DNA of 52,277 nt from Deltaproteobacteria bacterium (lineage in GTDB: Bacteria > Myxococcota > JACRCW01): assembly GCA_016218805.1 (NCBI GenBank), contig JACRCW010000051.1:1-52277 (forward strand), written 5' to 3'. The notes under the pieces were generated by a model, which saw nothing but the letters and a program-made list of their open reading frames with translations, did no database searches and was not told where the DNA came from. Position 1 is the stretch's first letter. Each line of letters opens with the position of its first letter. The translations under genes and the position numbers were made by a program. Positions 18,013 through 28,262 of this stretch are shown in pieces.

Positions 18013-18510
18013 ATGCAACAGGGACGTGCCGTGTGGTGGTGGGTGTTCAGCGCAAGTGCGGGGATCTGCGCGGTGGGACTCACGGGACTGGCGAATCTGG
18101 GTGGACCGCCACCGTTCCATCCCGGCGCGCCTTCCGAACGCGCGTACGGCGCGCACGCGGAGGGCGCGGGCCCCGGGGCGTGCGCCGCGGCGGCCAGCGA
18201 CGGGGATGAGGGCGCCGCCGCGCTGGCGGCGGCGGAACAGCGGCTGCGCCACGGCGACAACGCGGGCGCGCTGGCGTGTGCGGGGGCGGTGGTGGACCGT
18301 GACCCGCGCCATCCCACGGCACACCGCGTGCTGGCCGTGGCGCACGCGCGTCTGGGCGAACGCCCGTTCGCCAGGCAGCACCAGGTGCTGGTGGAGCACG
18401 CCGGGATGGAAACCGAACCACGCGCACTGACGGTTCCGCCCTTCAGCGCTTCCGACGTGGACGGTCCGGCGCGGGCGGCGGCGGCGGCGGTGGCGGCACC
18501 AGCGGAATGA
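18013..18510 (+). CDS. Hypothetical TPR-like protein
   Basis: GAGGA RBS; N-terminal hydrophobic segment; TPR-like helix pair (RDPRHPTAHRVLAVAHARLG). Overlaps the convergent gene by about 68 bp. Confidence 0.5.
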   Translation: MQQGRAVWWWVFSASAGICAVGLTGLANLGGPPPFHPGAPSERAYGAHAEGAGPGACAAAASDGDEGAAALAAAEQRLRHGDNAGALACAGAVVDRDPRHPTAHRVLAVAHARLGERPFARQHQVLVEHAGMETEPRALTVPPFSASDVDGPARAAAAAVAAPAE

Positions 18511-19783
18511 CCCGCGCGCCCGCGGGCGGGAAACGGATGCCCACGCTGGGCTGCAGTTCCATGGCCATGGCGGACAGCGCCGCGGAGAGTTCGCGCTTCA
18601 CCAAGCGCAGGGAATGCAGCTCCTGGCTCAGCGCGGCAACCTGCGCCGGCGCGGACGTGCCCAACTGCGCGGCGGGGGTCCGCTCCAGTTCCGCCAACCG
18701 TCGCGCCAGCCCCACGCGGCGCTCTTCAGCCAGATTGAGCTGGCGCTGCAGCGCAAAGACCCGGTCCAACCACACACTCTGTTTCTCGTCGCGGAACATG
18801 GTGACCACCAGCGCGCGGTGGGTCTCGTTTCCCGCGGAATCGCGTGCTTCCAGGTGGAGTTCGTTGGTGCCCGGCCGCAGGCCCAGGTGGACCACAAACG
18901 CGCCCGTTGCGTCCACATCCAGCGCGCGCCCGTTGAGCCACACGCTGGCGCCGCGGTCCGTGGTGCCCTCCAGCGTGACGGCGGGACGCGTGGCAAAGGT
19001 CCGCGGCATGGGCGACACCACGTGCAGGGCGGGCGGCTGGTCATCACAACGCACGAACACCCGGCGGACTTCCGACCACCGCACGTCCGGCGTCCAGCCT
19101 GCGTGCGGCGCCCACCGCCAGTGGTAGTTCCCCGTCGGGAGACGCAGCTCCATGGCGGCCGCGGCAACCACGCGGTCCGCGACGATGGAGCCAAAGGTTC
19201 CATCCTCCGCGACCTGCAGGCGTCGCCGCGCGCGGCCCTTCCACCGGAAACGCACCGTGGCCACGCTGCCGGACGGCGGGCACCGGCAGATGGGTTCCGG
19301 AGACGGCGCCGGCGGGCGCGGCACGGCGGGGGTTCCCGCGGGAGACGCCGGAGCGGGCGCCGCAGGAACGGGCGGCGTCGGCGGCGCATCGAACACGGGC
19401 GGCGGGGCCTCGTCCCCGCGCGGCTCGGTGGGCCGCCCGGTGAGCACCAGCAGCTCAGAGGCGGAGAACGGTCCTATGTCACCGTTGGGCAGCACGGCAG
19501 AGACGCGCCAGTAGTAGTGACCGCGCGGCAACACGCGCGTGGAGACGGACAGCATGCCCGTGCGCCGGTCCACGGCGGCGGGCCGGAACAGCAGTGAGCG
19601 TGCCACCTGCAGGCGGTATGAGCGCGCCCCCGGCACCGGGGACCAGTGGAACACCAGTTCGTTGCCGCGCACCTCCACCTCGCCGTGGACGGGCGCGGTG
19701 GGCTCGTCCTCCTGGCCGCGGGCCACGGGCCCAACCAGGCCCAGCAACACCACGGCGGCAAGCAGGATGGACGGGCTGCGCAC
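18443..19783 (-). CDS. Secreted protein with FN3/Ig-like domains and C-terminal coiled coil
   Basis: GTG 19783 gives signal peptide MRSPSILLAAVVLLGLVG; two FHWSPVPGA.SYRLQVA..YYWRV-type FN3 units; Ig-like (glucodextranase-B-like) GTNEL.LEARD.AGN. Confidence 0.7.
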   Translation of the reverse strand: MRSPSILLAAVVLLGLVGPVARGQEDEPTAPVHGEVEVRGNELVFHWSPVPGARSYRLQVARSLLFRPAAVDRRTGMLSVSTRVLPRGHYYWRVSAVLPNGDIGPFSASELLVLTGRPTEPRGDEAPPPVFDAPPTPPVPAAPAPASPAGTPAVPRPPAPSPEPICRCPPSGSVATVRFRWKGRARRRLQVAEDGTFGSIVADRVVAAAAMELRLPTGNYHWRWAPHAGWTPDVRWSEVRRVFVRCDDQPPALHVVSPMPRTFATRPAVTLEGTTDRGASVWLNGRALDVDATGAFVVHLGLRPGTNELHLEARDSAGNETHRALVVTMFRDEKQSVWLDRVFALQRQLNLAEERRVGLARRLAELERTPAAQLGTSAPAQVAALSQELHSLRLVKRELSAALSAMAMELQPSVGIRFPPAGARVIPLVPPPPPPPPAPDRPRRKR

Positions 19784-19949
19784 GGGAACCTCAGCAGGCG
19801 GACGGACTACCACAGCGGGACGGGTGGCGGCGTGGGCTGCAGCCGGCCCACCGGCACCGGCACCGCGGGCGCGCTGCGCGTAAGAAATACAACAGCACCC
19901 GGACCGTGCGCGCACTGGCGCGGGGACCCACACTCCGTCACATCCACGC

Positions 19950-22361
19950 ATGTGTCCATTCCCGCCATGGCCCGTTGCGGCCTGTCTGCTGCTTGCCGCC
20001 TGCCCGCCCCGTCCCGCTGACCAGGACGCGCAGGATGCTGCCTCCACGTCGTTGTCGTCGTCGTCCATGTCCGTGCCGGCTTCGTCCGGCCCGGTGACCT
20101 CATCGTCGGCCGGGTCGCCAGCCTCGGGCACATCGTCCGCGGGCAACTCCGCCGGTGTGGCGTCATCCCGCACGTCCGCTTCCACCGCGCCCACCTCCGC
20201 TGCGCCGCCCTCGTCGGGTGCGGGCTCGGGCGCGGGCAGCGGCTCGTCGGGCGCGGCCAGCAGCGGGCCGGCACCCGGCTCCAGCCAGGCACCGCCGTGG
20301 GGGTTGGACGTGCGGCCGGGCAACACCACCTGCCTGGCGCCGGCCCGCCCGCCGGAGGGCGCCACCGTCGTCGCCACGCGGCAATGGCCCACCGTCACCT
20401 TTGCCAATGCCGTGGCCATGCTCCAGGCGCCCGGTGACGCCACGCAGTTTTACGTGGTGGAGAAGGCGGGCCGCGTGCGCAAGGTGCCCAACACCGCCGC
20501 CGGCACGCCGGTGGTCACGTTCCTGGACATGGTCCCGCGCGTGAGCAGCAGCGGCGCCGAAGCCGGCCTGCTGGGCCTGGCGTTCCACCCGGACTGGCAA
20601 CAGAACCGCCAGGTCTTCCTCAGCTACACGGGGTTCGGCGGCGCCACCAATCTGCGGACGGTCATCTCACGCGTCACCAGCGGTGACGCGGGCGCCACGC
20701 TGGACCCCGCCACGGAGCAGGTGCTGCTGACGCTGGAACAGCCGTATGCCAACCACACCGGCGGCGGGATTGCGTTTGGCCCGGATGGCCTGCTGTACAT
20801 CGGCCTGGGTGACGGCGGCAGCGGCGGAGACCCCGGCAACCGCGCGCAGAACGTGAACGCGCTGCTGGGGAAGTTCCTGCGGATTGACGTTGACGGCGGC
20901 ACGCCCTACGGCATCCCGGCGGACAACCCGTTTGCATCCGGCGGCGGCCTGCCGGAGATCTACGCGCTGGGCCTGCGCAATCCGTGGCGTTGGAGTTTTG
21001 ACCTGGCCACAGGGGACCTGTGGGCCGGAGACGTGGGCCAGAACAGCTATGAAGAGGTGGATATCATCCGGCGGGGCGGCAACTACGGCTGGCGCTTCCG
21101 CGAAGGCCTCCACTGCTACAACCCGGCCACCAACTGCCCCAGCGCGGGACTGGTGGATCCGGTGGTTGAATACCCGCGCTCCGTCGGCAGCAGCATCACG
21201 GGCGGGTACGTGTACCGCGGCAGTGCCATCCCGGAACTGCGCGGCGTGTTCCTGTTCGCGGACTTTGTTTCCGGGCGCATCATGGCGGCGCAGCCGGACC
21301 CCGGCACGGGCGGCTACACGCGCGTGCAACTGCTGGCCAGCGGCATGAATATCTCGTCGTTCGCGCAGGACCACGCCGGCGAGGTGTACCTGATTCAATA
21401 CGGCACCGGCGGTGTCCACCGCCTGGACCGCGCGGGCAGCCCGCCGGTGGACATCTTCCCCGCGCGGCTGTCACAGACCGGTTGCGTGTCCACCACGGAT
21501 CCGCGCCAGCCGGCGCCGGGACTCATCCCGTTCTCGGTGGCCCACCCGCTGTGGAGTGATGGCGCGGACAAGGAGCGCTTCCTGGCGCTGCCCGACGGGG
21601 AGACGATTGACGTTGACGGTGACGGGGACATGACCCTGCCGGTGGGCAGTGTGCTGGTGAAGAACTTCCGCCTGGCAGGGAAACTCATTGAAACGCGTCT
21701 GTTCATGCGCCACCCGGACGGGAACTGGGGCGGCTACAGCTACGAATGGGACGACGCGGAGACCGATGCGACCCTGCTGCCGTCCGGGAAGAACCGCACG
21801 GTGGGCGCGTTGACGTGGAGCTACCCCAGCCGCGTGCAGTGCATGCAGTGTCACACCGCCGCGGCAGGACGGACCCTGGGCGTGGAAACGCTGCAGCTCA
21901 ACACGCCCCATGCCTACCCCAACGGCCGCACCGCCAACCAGCTGATGACGTGGGAACACCTGGGCCTGTTCACCGCGCCGCTGGCACCCCCGCCCGAAGC
22001 GCGGCCGGTGCTGGCGCCGGTCACCGCGATCACCGACGTCACCGCGACCGCGCGGTCCTACCTGCACGTCAATTGCAGCCAATGTCACCGGCCCGGCGGC
22101 ACCGGGCTGGGCAGCGCGGACTACCGCTTCACGACGCCGTGGAACCAGGTGGGCGCCTGCGGGAGCGCGCCCACGCAGGGGGAACTGGGCATTGCCGGCG
22201 CGCAAGTGTTCAAGCCCGGGGTGCCCGCGGAGTCACTCATCCCCGTGCGCATGAACCGCCGGGACATCCACGGCATGCCGCCCGTGGGGAGCAACATGGT
22301 GGACTCTGTGGGAGTGGCGTTGATGACGGACTGGATCACGGCAACCACCGCGTGCCCGTGA
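19950..22361 (+). CDS. PQQ-dependent sugar dehydrogenase (GSDH) family lipoprotein fused to a diheme cytochrome c region
   Basis: Lipobox LAAC, Ser-rich linker, GLLGLAFHP, NHTGG.IAFGPDG.LYIGLGDGG, GLRNPWR, GDVGQ; two CxxCH (CMQCH, CSQCH). Confidence 0.9.
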   Translation: MCPFPPWPVAACLLLAACPPRPADQDAQDAASTSLSSSSMSVPASSGPVTSSSAGSPASGTSSAGNSAGVASSRTSASTAPTSAAPPSSGAGSGAGSGSSGAASSGPAPGSSQAPPWGLDVRPGNTTCLAPARPPEGATVVATRQWPTVTFANAVAMLQAPGDATQFYVVEKAGRVRKVPNTAAGTPVVTFLDMVPRVSSSGAEAGLLGLAFHPDWQQNRQVFLSYTGFGGATNLRTVISRVTSGDAGATLDPATEQVLLTLEQPYANHTGGGIAFGPDGLLYIGLGDGGSGGDPGNRAQNVNALLGKFLRIDVDGGTPYGIPADNPFASGGGLPEIYALGLRNPWRWSFDLATGDLWAGDVGQNSYEEVDIIRRGGNYGWRFREGLHCYNPATNCPSAGLVDPVVEYPRSVGSSITGGYVYRGSAIPELRGVFLFADFVSGRIMAAQPDPGTGGYTRVQLLASGMNISSFAQDHAGEVYLIQYGTGGVHRLDRAGSPPVDIFPARLSQTGCVSTTDPRQPAPGLIPFSVAHPLWSDGADKERFLALPDGETIDVDGDGDMTLPVGSVLVKNFRLAGKLIETRLFMRHPDGNWGGYSYEWDDAETDATLLPSGKNRTVGALTWSYPSRVQCMQCHTAAAGRTLGVETLQLNTPHAYPNGRTANQLMTWEHLGLFTAPLAPPPEARPVLAPVTAITDVTATARSYLHVNCSQCHRPGGTGLGSADYRFTTPWNQVGACGSAPTQGELGIAGAQVFKPGVPAESLIPVRMNRRDIHGMPPVGSNMVDSVGVALMTDWITATTACP

Positions 22362-22362
22362 G

Positions 22363-23439
22363 TCAGCGCGTTTCCTCGCGCAGCACGCGCCCCTCAGGAG
22401 AGGTGTACACCCACCGCCCCGCCGGTTGGCCCGCCTGGTAGAACCCCTCCACGGCCAGCTTCCCATTGGGATGGTATTCGTAATACGCGCCGTGCAGCTT
22501 CCCGGCCGCGTACGTCTCCCGCTTCTTCACCTTCCCGTCGGGGAAGTGCTCCAGGACCTCTCCCTGTGGGAGGTCGTCCTCGTACGCCACTTCTGACACC
22601 ACCTCGCCTTCGCAGTTCTTCTCCACAAAGCGCCCGTGCTTGCGGCCATTGCGCCAGTTGCCCTCCTTGATGCGGCCGCGGCCCTCCTCGTCGCACGTGT
22701 TCTCCATGGACAATCCGTGCAGGACCTTGCCCAGGCGGCACTCGTAGCCGTTGTCGGTCGCCACGGGCTTGGCGTCGTCGGGACAGGTGCCCGGCCCACC
22801 GCCAAACCCGCCGTACATCGCCATCGTCTCGCGCAGCGCCTTGGCACTGTCCTCGCGCATTCCCAGGTTGCCCACGGGCAGGCCGTCCTTGCCAAGCTTG
22901 ATGGGCTTGCGCTGTGTGGCGGAGATGGAACCCACAATGACAAAGAAGATGAGCGACAGCGCAATGTAGGCCATCTTCCGCGCGTTGCCGGCGTACGCCA
23001 GGTTCGTCAGCGCGCGCGCAATGGGGCCGGTGGTGGCCTCAGGAACCACGGGGGTGTCCGCGGCGGACGTGGCGGCGGCCGCCGGGTCCGCCGCCTTGAC
23101 GTGTCCAAACCGCCCCGCGGTGAGCGTGTGCAGCATCCCGCCTGGCAACGCCATGGCGCCACAGACCGCGCACACGTGCGCCACGCGGAAACGCACGGTG
23201 ACCGCGTGCGTGACGCCGTGGCACGCGGGGCAGGGGAAGGGACCGGCCGCGCCGCGTTCCACCTGCGTGCGGAAGGCTTCAATCTGCAGGCCCAGGCCCT
23301 GCGTCACCAGCTGCACCGTGGAGGCCGCGGGCAGCACGCTGGCCGCGCAGCTGGCGCAGTGCACGGCCACCAGCGCCGCGTTGTCCGTCGTCATGGCCGG
23401 GTGCACCGCGCAGTAGGGACAGGTCACGGGCGCGTTCAT
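22363..23439 (-). CDS. Zn-ribbon + TM + MORN-variant (YwqK-like) repeat protein
   Basis: Four CxxC (CPYC, CASC, CPAC, CAVC), one TM helix, MORN2 repeats ([20 protein letters not shown]...G.W). Confidence 0.75.
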   Translation of the reverse strand: MNAPVTCPYCAVHPAMTTDNAALVAVHCASCAASVLPAASTVQLVTQGLGLQIEAFRTQVERGAAGPFPCPACHGVTHAVTVRFRVAHVCAVCGAMALPGGMLHTLTAGRFGHVKAADPAAAATSAADTPVVPEATTGPIARALTNLAYAGNARKMAYIALSLIFFVIVGSISATQRKPIKLGKDGLPVGNLGMREDSAKALRETMAMYGGFGGGPGTCPDDAKPVATDNGYECRLGKVLHGLSMENTCDEEGRGRIKEGNWRNGRKHGRFVEKNCEGEVVSEVAYEDDLPQGEVLEHFPDGKVKKRETYAAGKLHGAYYEYHPNGKLAVEGFYQAGQPAGRWVYTSPEGRVLREETR

Positions 23440-23536
23440 GGACGCGGAGGATTCCCAACTGGGGGCACGCCGTCAACCACCTGCGTGGCGGCGGCAGTTG
23501 CGTCCGCCGCCCCCGGGAAGCCAGTGTGCGGTTCCC

Positions 23537-24019
23537 ATGAAGCTCGCCGTGTATCCCGGGTCGTTTGATCCGCTCACCAATGGCCACCTTGATATCATCC
23601 AGCGGTCGCTCAAGTTGTTTGACCGCGTCATTGTGGCCGTGGCGCACAACAGCGCCAAGAACGCGCTGTTCACCATGGAGGAGCGCAAGGCGCTCATCCT
23701 GGAGTGCGCCAATGATCCGCGGCTGGAGGTGGACGCATTCACCGGCCTGCTGGTGGACTACGCACGGCGGCGCGGCGCTTCCGCGGTGGTGCGCGGCCTG
23801 CGCGCCGTCAGTGACTTTGAGTATGAATTCCAGATGGCCAACATGAACCGCAAGCTCACGCATGACGTGGAGCACGTGTTCCTGATGACCAACGAGGAGA
23901 ACTTCTACATCTCCTCGCGCCTGGTCCGCGAAGTGGCGAGTCTTGGTGGCGACGTGAAGGACCTGGTGCCCGCGCCCGTGTTGGAGCGGCTGCGGCACGC
24001 GTTTCCCGCGCGGGCGTGA
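23537..24019 (+). CDS. coaD: Phosphopantetheine adenylyltransferase
   Basis: [44 protein letters not shown]. Confidence 0.97.
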   Translation: MKLAVYPGSFDPLTNGHLDIIQRSLKLFDRVIVAVAHNSAKNALFTMEERKALILECANDPRLEVDAFTGLLVDYARRRGASAVVRGLRAVSDFEYEFQMANMNRKLTHDVEHVFLMTNEENFYISSRLVREVASLGGDVKDLVPAPVLERLRHAFPARA

Positions 24020-24711
24020 AGCGGCTCCTGGTCACACTGCCCGTGCTGGCCGCCCTGGTCCTGGGCGGCGCGGCGGCGCAGGACTGGGCGTGGGGTGACC
24101 CGGACCTGCCGGCCCTGGCGCGCACGGGTGGACACGCGCAGCTGCCCCCGCTGGATGAGCCCTGCACGGGCCACGTCATCACGGCGGACCGCGCGCTGGA
24201 TGGGACGCTGTTTGGTGCCGCCGCGGTGGTGTTGTGCCTGCATGACGGCGGGGGCGCACTGGGGTTTGTGGTCAACCGCCCCACCGGTGAGCACGTGCGT
24301 GCCGTGGTCCCTGGCGCCCGCTGGACGGCGGGCAGCGTACGCTGGGGCGGCCCGGTGGCGCCCGGGCAGGGCGCGGTGATCTACCGCCGGGACGGCCGGC
24401 TGCGCTTCACAACCATGGCGCTGCGCGCACCATTCCCCGCCACCGGCTGGCTGCGCGCCCCCCGCGTCCGTGACGACGAAATCGTGTTCGTGTTGGCGGG
24501 CTATTCGGGCTGGAGCGCCGGGCAGCTGGAAGCGGAGGTGGAGGGCGGCAGCTGGATCCTCACCGACGTGGAACCGGAGGTGTTCCTGCGTGACCCGCGC
24601 CCGCCGTGGCTGCGTCAGGCGGAGCCCACCGCGGTCAGTGACGGCCCCACCAACTCCACAAACGCGCGCCCGGTCGCATCCCCTTCAACCCGCGCAGCGC
24701 CCTCCCAGTAG
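24016..24711 (+). CDS. YqgE/AlgH-family protein with N-terminal signal-like segment
   Basis: [35 protein letters not shown] overlap with coaD. Confidence 0.82.
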   Translation: MKRLLVTLPVLAALVLGGAAAQDWAWGDPDLPALARTGGHAQLPPLDEPCTGHVITADRALDGTLFGAAAVVLCLHDGGGALGFVVNRPTGEHVRAVVPGARWTAGSVRWGGPVAPGQGAVIYRRDGRLRFTTMALRAPFPATGWLRAPRVRDDEIVFVLAGYSGWSAGQLEAEVEGGSWILTDVEPEVFLRDPRPPWLRQAEPTAVSDGPTNSTNARPVASPSTRAAPSQ

Positions 24712-25538
24712 CGCATGCCTTCGTGCAGCGTTTCCTGGTCCGCGCACACGGGGGTCACGCGCAGGCGCAGCCCATCCACGCAGAGGTCCCACCCGGCGGC
24801 GTAGGTGAGCCCACTGTGCGGGCTCACCCAGTTCCCGCGCGCGCGCAGCGTCACCGGGCCGCCGTCCAGGCAGCGCACGGTGCCGTCCCGCTCCATGATG
24901 GTGGCACCCACGCCCGCGCGCCCCGGCAGCGTGTGGCGGAAGAACAGCATCACGTCCCGCCCGTCATCCAGCTGGATCCCAAACCAGTCCCACCCCGCGG
25001 CCATCTGCGGCCCCAGCCGTCCCCACTGGTGGTCAAACCACGTGGTCCCGGTGACGGCGAGATCTTCGCCCTGGAGCTGCAGCGTTCCCTGCGTCTGCAT
25101 GTGCGTGCGCGAGCAGTAGAACGTGTAACCGCCCACCTCGTAGTCGGTGCGGCCGTTGCCGTGGTGCAGCACGGGCGGCCGCGTGGCCTGCGCGGTCAGC
25201 TCCAGGCGCGTCTGTGCGGTGGCCGCCGCAAGCTGGTCCACCCCGTCACACGCGGACGCGGTGAACGGGTCCACGGCCATCTGGAAGGACGCCTGGGTCA
25301 TCTTCACGCCGCGCCGGGCGCTCTGCGTGGCGCGCCAGGTGCGGCCTGCGTCCACGTCCACCACCGCGTGGTGCACCAGCAGGCGCGCGCGGCCAAACTC
25401 AAACAGGCGGAACACGGACAGGTACCAGGCAAACCAGCGCTGCTCCGGCGTGCGCAGGTGCCCGTGCCAGTACCACCACTCCACGGGCTCGCTGTAATGC
25501 GGCGCGTCGTCACGGGGGAGCTCAACAAGGGGTTGCAT
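24615..25538 (-). CDS. CrtC/AttH-like lipocalin-fold hydratase
   Basis: H...VEWWYW.GHL, G.TWFDHQWG, GWDWFGIQLDDG, DQE, YWEG, GRAFVEL.G. Confidence 0.85.
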   Translation of the reverse strand: MQPLVELPRDDAPHYSEPVEWWYWHGHLRTPEQRWFAWYLSVFRLFEFGRARLLVHHAVVDVDAGRTWRATQSARRGVKMTQASFQMAVDPFTASACDGVDQLAAATAQTRLELTAQATRPPVLHHGNGRTDYEVGGYTFYCSRTHMQTQGTLQLQGEDLAVTGTTWFDHQWGRLGPQMAAGWDWFGIQLDDGRDVMLFFRHTLPGRAGVGATIMERDGTVRCLDGGPVTLRARGNWVSPHSGLTYAAGWDLCVDGLRLRVTPVCADQETLHEGMRYWEGAARVEGDATGRAFVELVGPSLTAVGSA

Positions 25539-25606
25539 GCCGCGCAGTGGAGCAGCACCGGCGCACCCATCGCAAGGGGCGGCCGTGCTAGCTTGGCCGG
25601 CATTGC

Positions 25607-26380
25607 ATGGAGCGCATCCAGATAGACCGGACGGTGCCGTCGTGGGACGGGCACGGCCACTGCGTGCTGCGTGTGTGGACTCCGCCGGGGTACGCGCGTG
25701 AGACGTGGCGCCGTTACCCCGTGGTGTACATGCAGGACGGGCAGAACGTGTTTGAGCACCACGCGTCCGCGCCGTGGCACACCTGGCACGCCAACCGCGC
25801 CATGGAGCGCCTGGTCCATGAGGGGCGCATTGAGCCGTGGATCATCGTCGCCATGGATCACGGGCCGGCCCGTTTTGATGACTATTCGCCGTGGCCCGAG
25901 GACAGCGTGGGGAGCGCGGGCGGGTTTGACCGCTGGGCGCGTCACCTGGTGGACGTGGTGATGCCGCACGTGCGGCGGCGCTGGCGCACGCGTCCCGGCG
26001 CGGAGTGGACCGCCACCACGGGTTCCAGCCTTGGCGGCATGGCGGCGCTGTGCCTGGGGTGGACGCGGCCGGCGGTGTTTGGGCGCCTGGGCGCGCTGTC
26101 CCCGTCCGTGATGTGGGCGGGCGGCCGCCTGCTGCGCGAGTGGACCGCGCACCCGCGCTGCTGGACGCGCATCTACGCGGACGCGGGAGAAACGGAGCTG
26201 TTTGACGGCGAGGGGTTGCGGCTGGACTACGGAAAGGCCGCGCGGGAGCTGGGCGCGCACCTGCACCGCCTGGGCTACGCGCCGTGGGAGCTGATGGTGC
26301 GGCTGGAGCCGGGCGGGCAGCACTCGGAGGCGGACTGGGCGCGGCGCCTGCCGCACGCGTGGGCCTGGTTGCTGGGATGA
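25607..26380 (+). CDS. Putative esterase (alpha/beta hydrolase, Fes/IroE-like)
   Basis: VWTPPGY, YPVVYMQDGQNVF, GSSLGG, H.EADWARR. Confidence 0.9.
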   Translation: MERIQIDRTVPSWDGHGHCVLRVWTPPGYARETWRRYPVVYMQDGQNVFEHHASAPWHTWHANRAMERLVHEGRIEPWIIVAMDHGPARFDDYSPWPEDSVGSAGGFDRWARHLVDVVMPHVRRRWRTRPGAEWTATTGSSLGGMAALCLGWTRPAVFGRLGALSPSVMWAGGRLLREWTAHPRCWTRIYADAGETELFDGEGLRLDYGKAARELGAHLHRLGYAPWELMVRLEPGGQHSEADWARRLPHAWAWLLG

Positions 26381-27051
26381 TGGTCGCGCTGGTGCTGCTG
26401 GTGGCGCACGCGGACCCCGCGCTGAGCTTTGGGGACGGGGCGTGCGGCCGTCTCACCGGCGGGGTGGCGCTGCCGTGCGCCGGGCCCAATTTTGAGGCGG
26501 CAACGTCGCTGACCTGCAAGCTCGGGCGGCACCACCTGCACCCGCGGGTGCGGGACACGCTGGTGGACGCGTGGGCCGCGCTGGCCGTGACGCATCCGCG
26601 CCGCCGGTGGCAATACGGTGAAATGGGCTGGCTGAAAGGCGGGAAATTCCGTCCGCACCACACGCACCAGGCGGGGCGCAGCGCGGACTTCTTCTTCCCG
26701 GCGGTGGACGCGGCGGGTGCGCCAACGACGCTGGACGCCAACCCCGCCAACCTGTTTGGCTACAACTTGCACTTCCACACGGACGGCCGCCTGGGTGAGG
26801 ACGCGTTTGACGGCGCCGCGTTGGCGGACCACCTGCTCGCGCTGGAGGCGGCGGGACGGGCCCGCGGCGTGCGCATCCGCCTCATCATCATGGACGCGCC
26901 GTTCCGGGAGCGCGCGCTGGCCGCGCGGCCGGCGCTGCGCGCGTTGCAGGAACGCTTCAGCCGCAAGCCCGTGTGGATTGCGCATGACCAGCACTACCAC
27001 GTGGAGTTTGACCTGCCGGCACAGTTGCGGCGGCCGTTGCGCTGCCGTTGA
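26377..27051 (+). CDS. MepA-like (penicillin-insensitive murein endopeptidase family) protein
   Basis: Signal peptide; GRL.GGV.LP; GG.F.PHHTHQAGRSADF; HDQHYHVEF LAS-type zinc motifs. Confidence 0.82.
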   Translation: MMVALVLLVAHADPALSFGDGACGRLTGGVALPCAGPNFEAATSLTCKLGRHHLHPRVRDTLVDAWAALAVTHPRRRWQYGEMGWLKGGKFRPHHTHQAGRSADFFFPAVDAAGAPTTLDANPANLFGYNLHFHTDGRLGEDAFDGAALADHLLALEAAGRARGVRIRLIIMDAPFRERALAARPALRALQERFSRKPVWIAHDQHYHVEFDLPAQLRRPLRCR

Positions 27052-27074
27052 GCACGGTGCGCGGATGCCTGCGC

Positions 27075-28262
27075 TCACTGCTCCCAGGGGAAACACGGGT
27101 GCGGTCCGCCCGCGTGGATGGCGGCAATGGCGTCACGCAGCGGTCCCGGCTCCGCGTAGCGGACCAGGTACATGAGGTCCCCCATGGCGCCGGCCAGCAC
27201 CGGCGGCATCTCCCGCCAGTACATCAGCGCGTCTCCGGTCAGCTGCACCACCTCGTCATGGGCGCGGGCGTACCGGCGGCTGCGCCGGCGTGACACGTGC
27301 GCGGCCAGCCAGCGGCGTTCCGGCGGCGCCGCGGGCAGGTCCGCGCCGGCCTTCACGCGCGCCCACAGGTCGTACACGTCCGCGTCGGTGGCGTAGTTCA
27401 TGATGTCCGTTGAGAAACCGCCCGGGGGCCGGAGGTTGGCCTCCAGCGCGCACCAGTTCCCGTCGGCCAGGCGGAACATCTCCATGTGGAAGAAGCGCGC
27501 CTGCAGGTTGAACGCCGCCACCATGCGCCGGCCGTGGTCCTCCATGCCGGGGGGCAGCTCGCGCAGCGTGTGATAGGCCACGTTGCGCTGCTCGGTGAGC
27601 AGCTCCATCACGCCCGCGCTGTAAGTGGCCGCCGTGGCGAATACGATCCGTCCATCGGCCGCGGTGATGCCGTCGTAACTCAGCAGTTCACCGTCCACCC
27701 ACTTCTCCACAAACATCCCGCGCTGGTCCCGCGCCAGCACGTCCTCCAGGGCGCGCGGGTTGGCCACCTTGCACGTGCCGGCGGCGCCCACGCCCGTGTC
27801 CGGCTTGAGGATGAGCGGGAAGCCGTGCTCCCCCGCAAACGCGCGCAGCCGCTCCGGCGTGGTGTACGCCTCGCCGGGCGAGCACGGGACGCCCGCCGCC
27901 TGGAACAGCGCTTTCATGCCGGACTTGCTGCGCTCCCGCGCCATCTGCGCCGGCCGCGGGCCGGGGACGTTGAAGTCCTCGCGCAGGCGCGCTTCCAGCG
28001 GCAGCCAGTGTTCGTTGAGGGATTCCACCGCGCCCAGCCGCCCGTGCCGCGAGATGAGCAGCGCCACGGCGCGGTGGACCCCATCGTCGTCGCCCAGGTC
28101 GCGCAGGCCCTCATAGTCGGTCAGCGCTGCGTGCAGCTCGGGGCGCAGCTCATGGGCGGGTGCGTCCCCCAGGCCCAGCACGCGCACACCGTGGCGCCGC
28201 AGCGCGGCGCAGAACATGTGGAATTGGGGCGGAAAATGCGGCGAAATGAAAAGCAGGTTCAC
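27075..28262 (-). CDS. ATP-grasp domain ligase
   Basis: FISPHFP, ESLNEHWL..EARLREDFN, KPDTGVGA, FFHMEMF, EANLRPPGG. Confidence 0.88.
   Translation of the reverse strand: MNLLFISPHFPPQFHMFCAALRRHGVRVLGLGDAPAHELRPELHAALTDYEGLRDLGDDDGVHRAVALLISRHGRLGAVESLNEHWLPLEARLREDFNVPGPRPAQMARERSKSGMKALFQAAGVPCSPGEAYTTPERLRAFAGEHGFPLILKPDTGVGAAGTCKVANPRALEDVLARDQRGMFVEKWVDGELLSYDGITAADGRIVFATAATYSAGVMELLTEQRNVAYHTLRELPPGMEDHGRRMVAAFNLQARFFHMEMFRLADGNWCALEANLRPPGGFSTDIMNYATDADVYDLWARVKAGADLPAAPPERRWLAAHVSRRRSRRYARAHDEVVQLTGDALMYWREMPPVLAGAMGDLMYLVRYAEPGPLRDAIAAIHAGGPHPCFPWEQ

Noticed and set aside
22363..23439. YwqJK-type toxin-antitoxin pair
   Set aside because: Only MORN-variant repeats are present, with no adjacent toxin gene.
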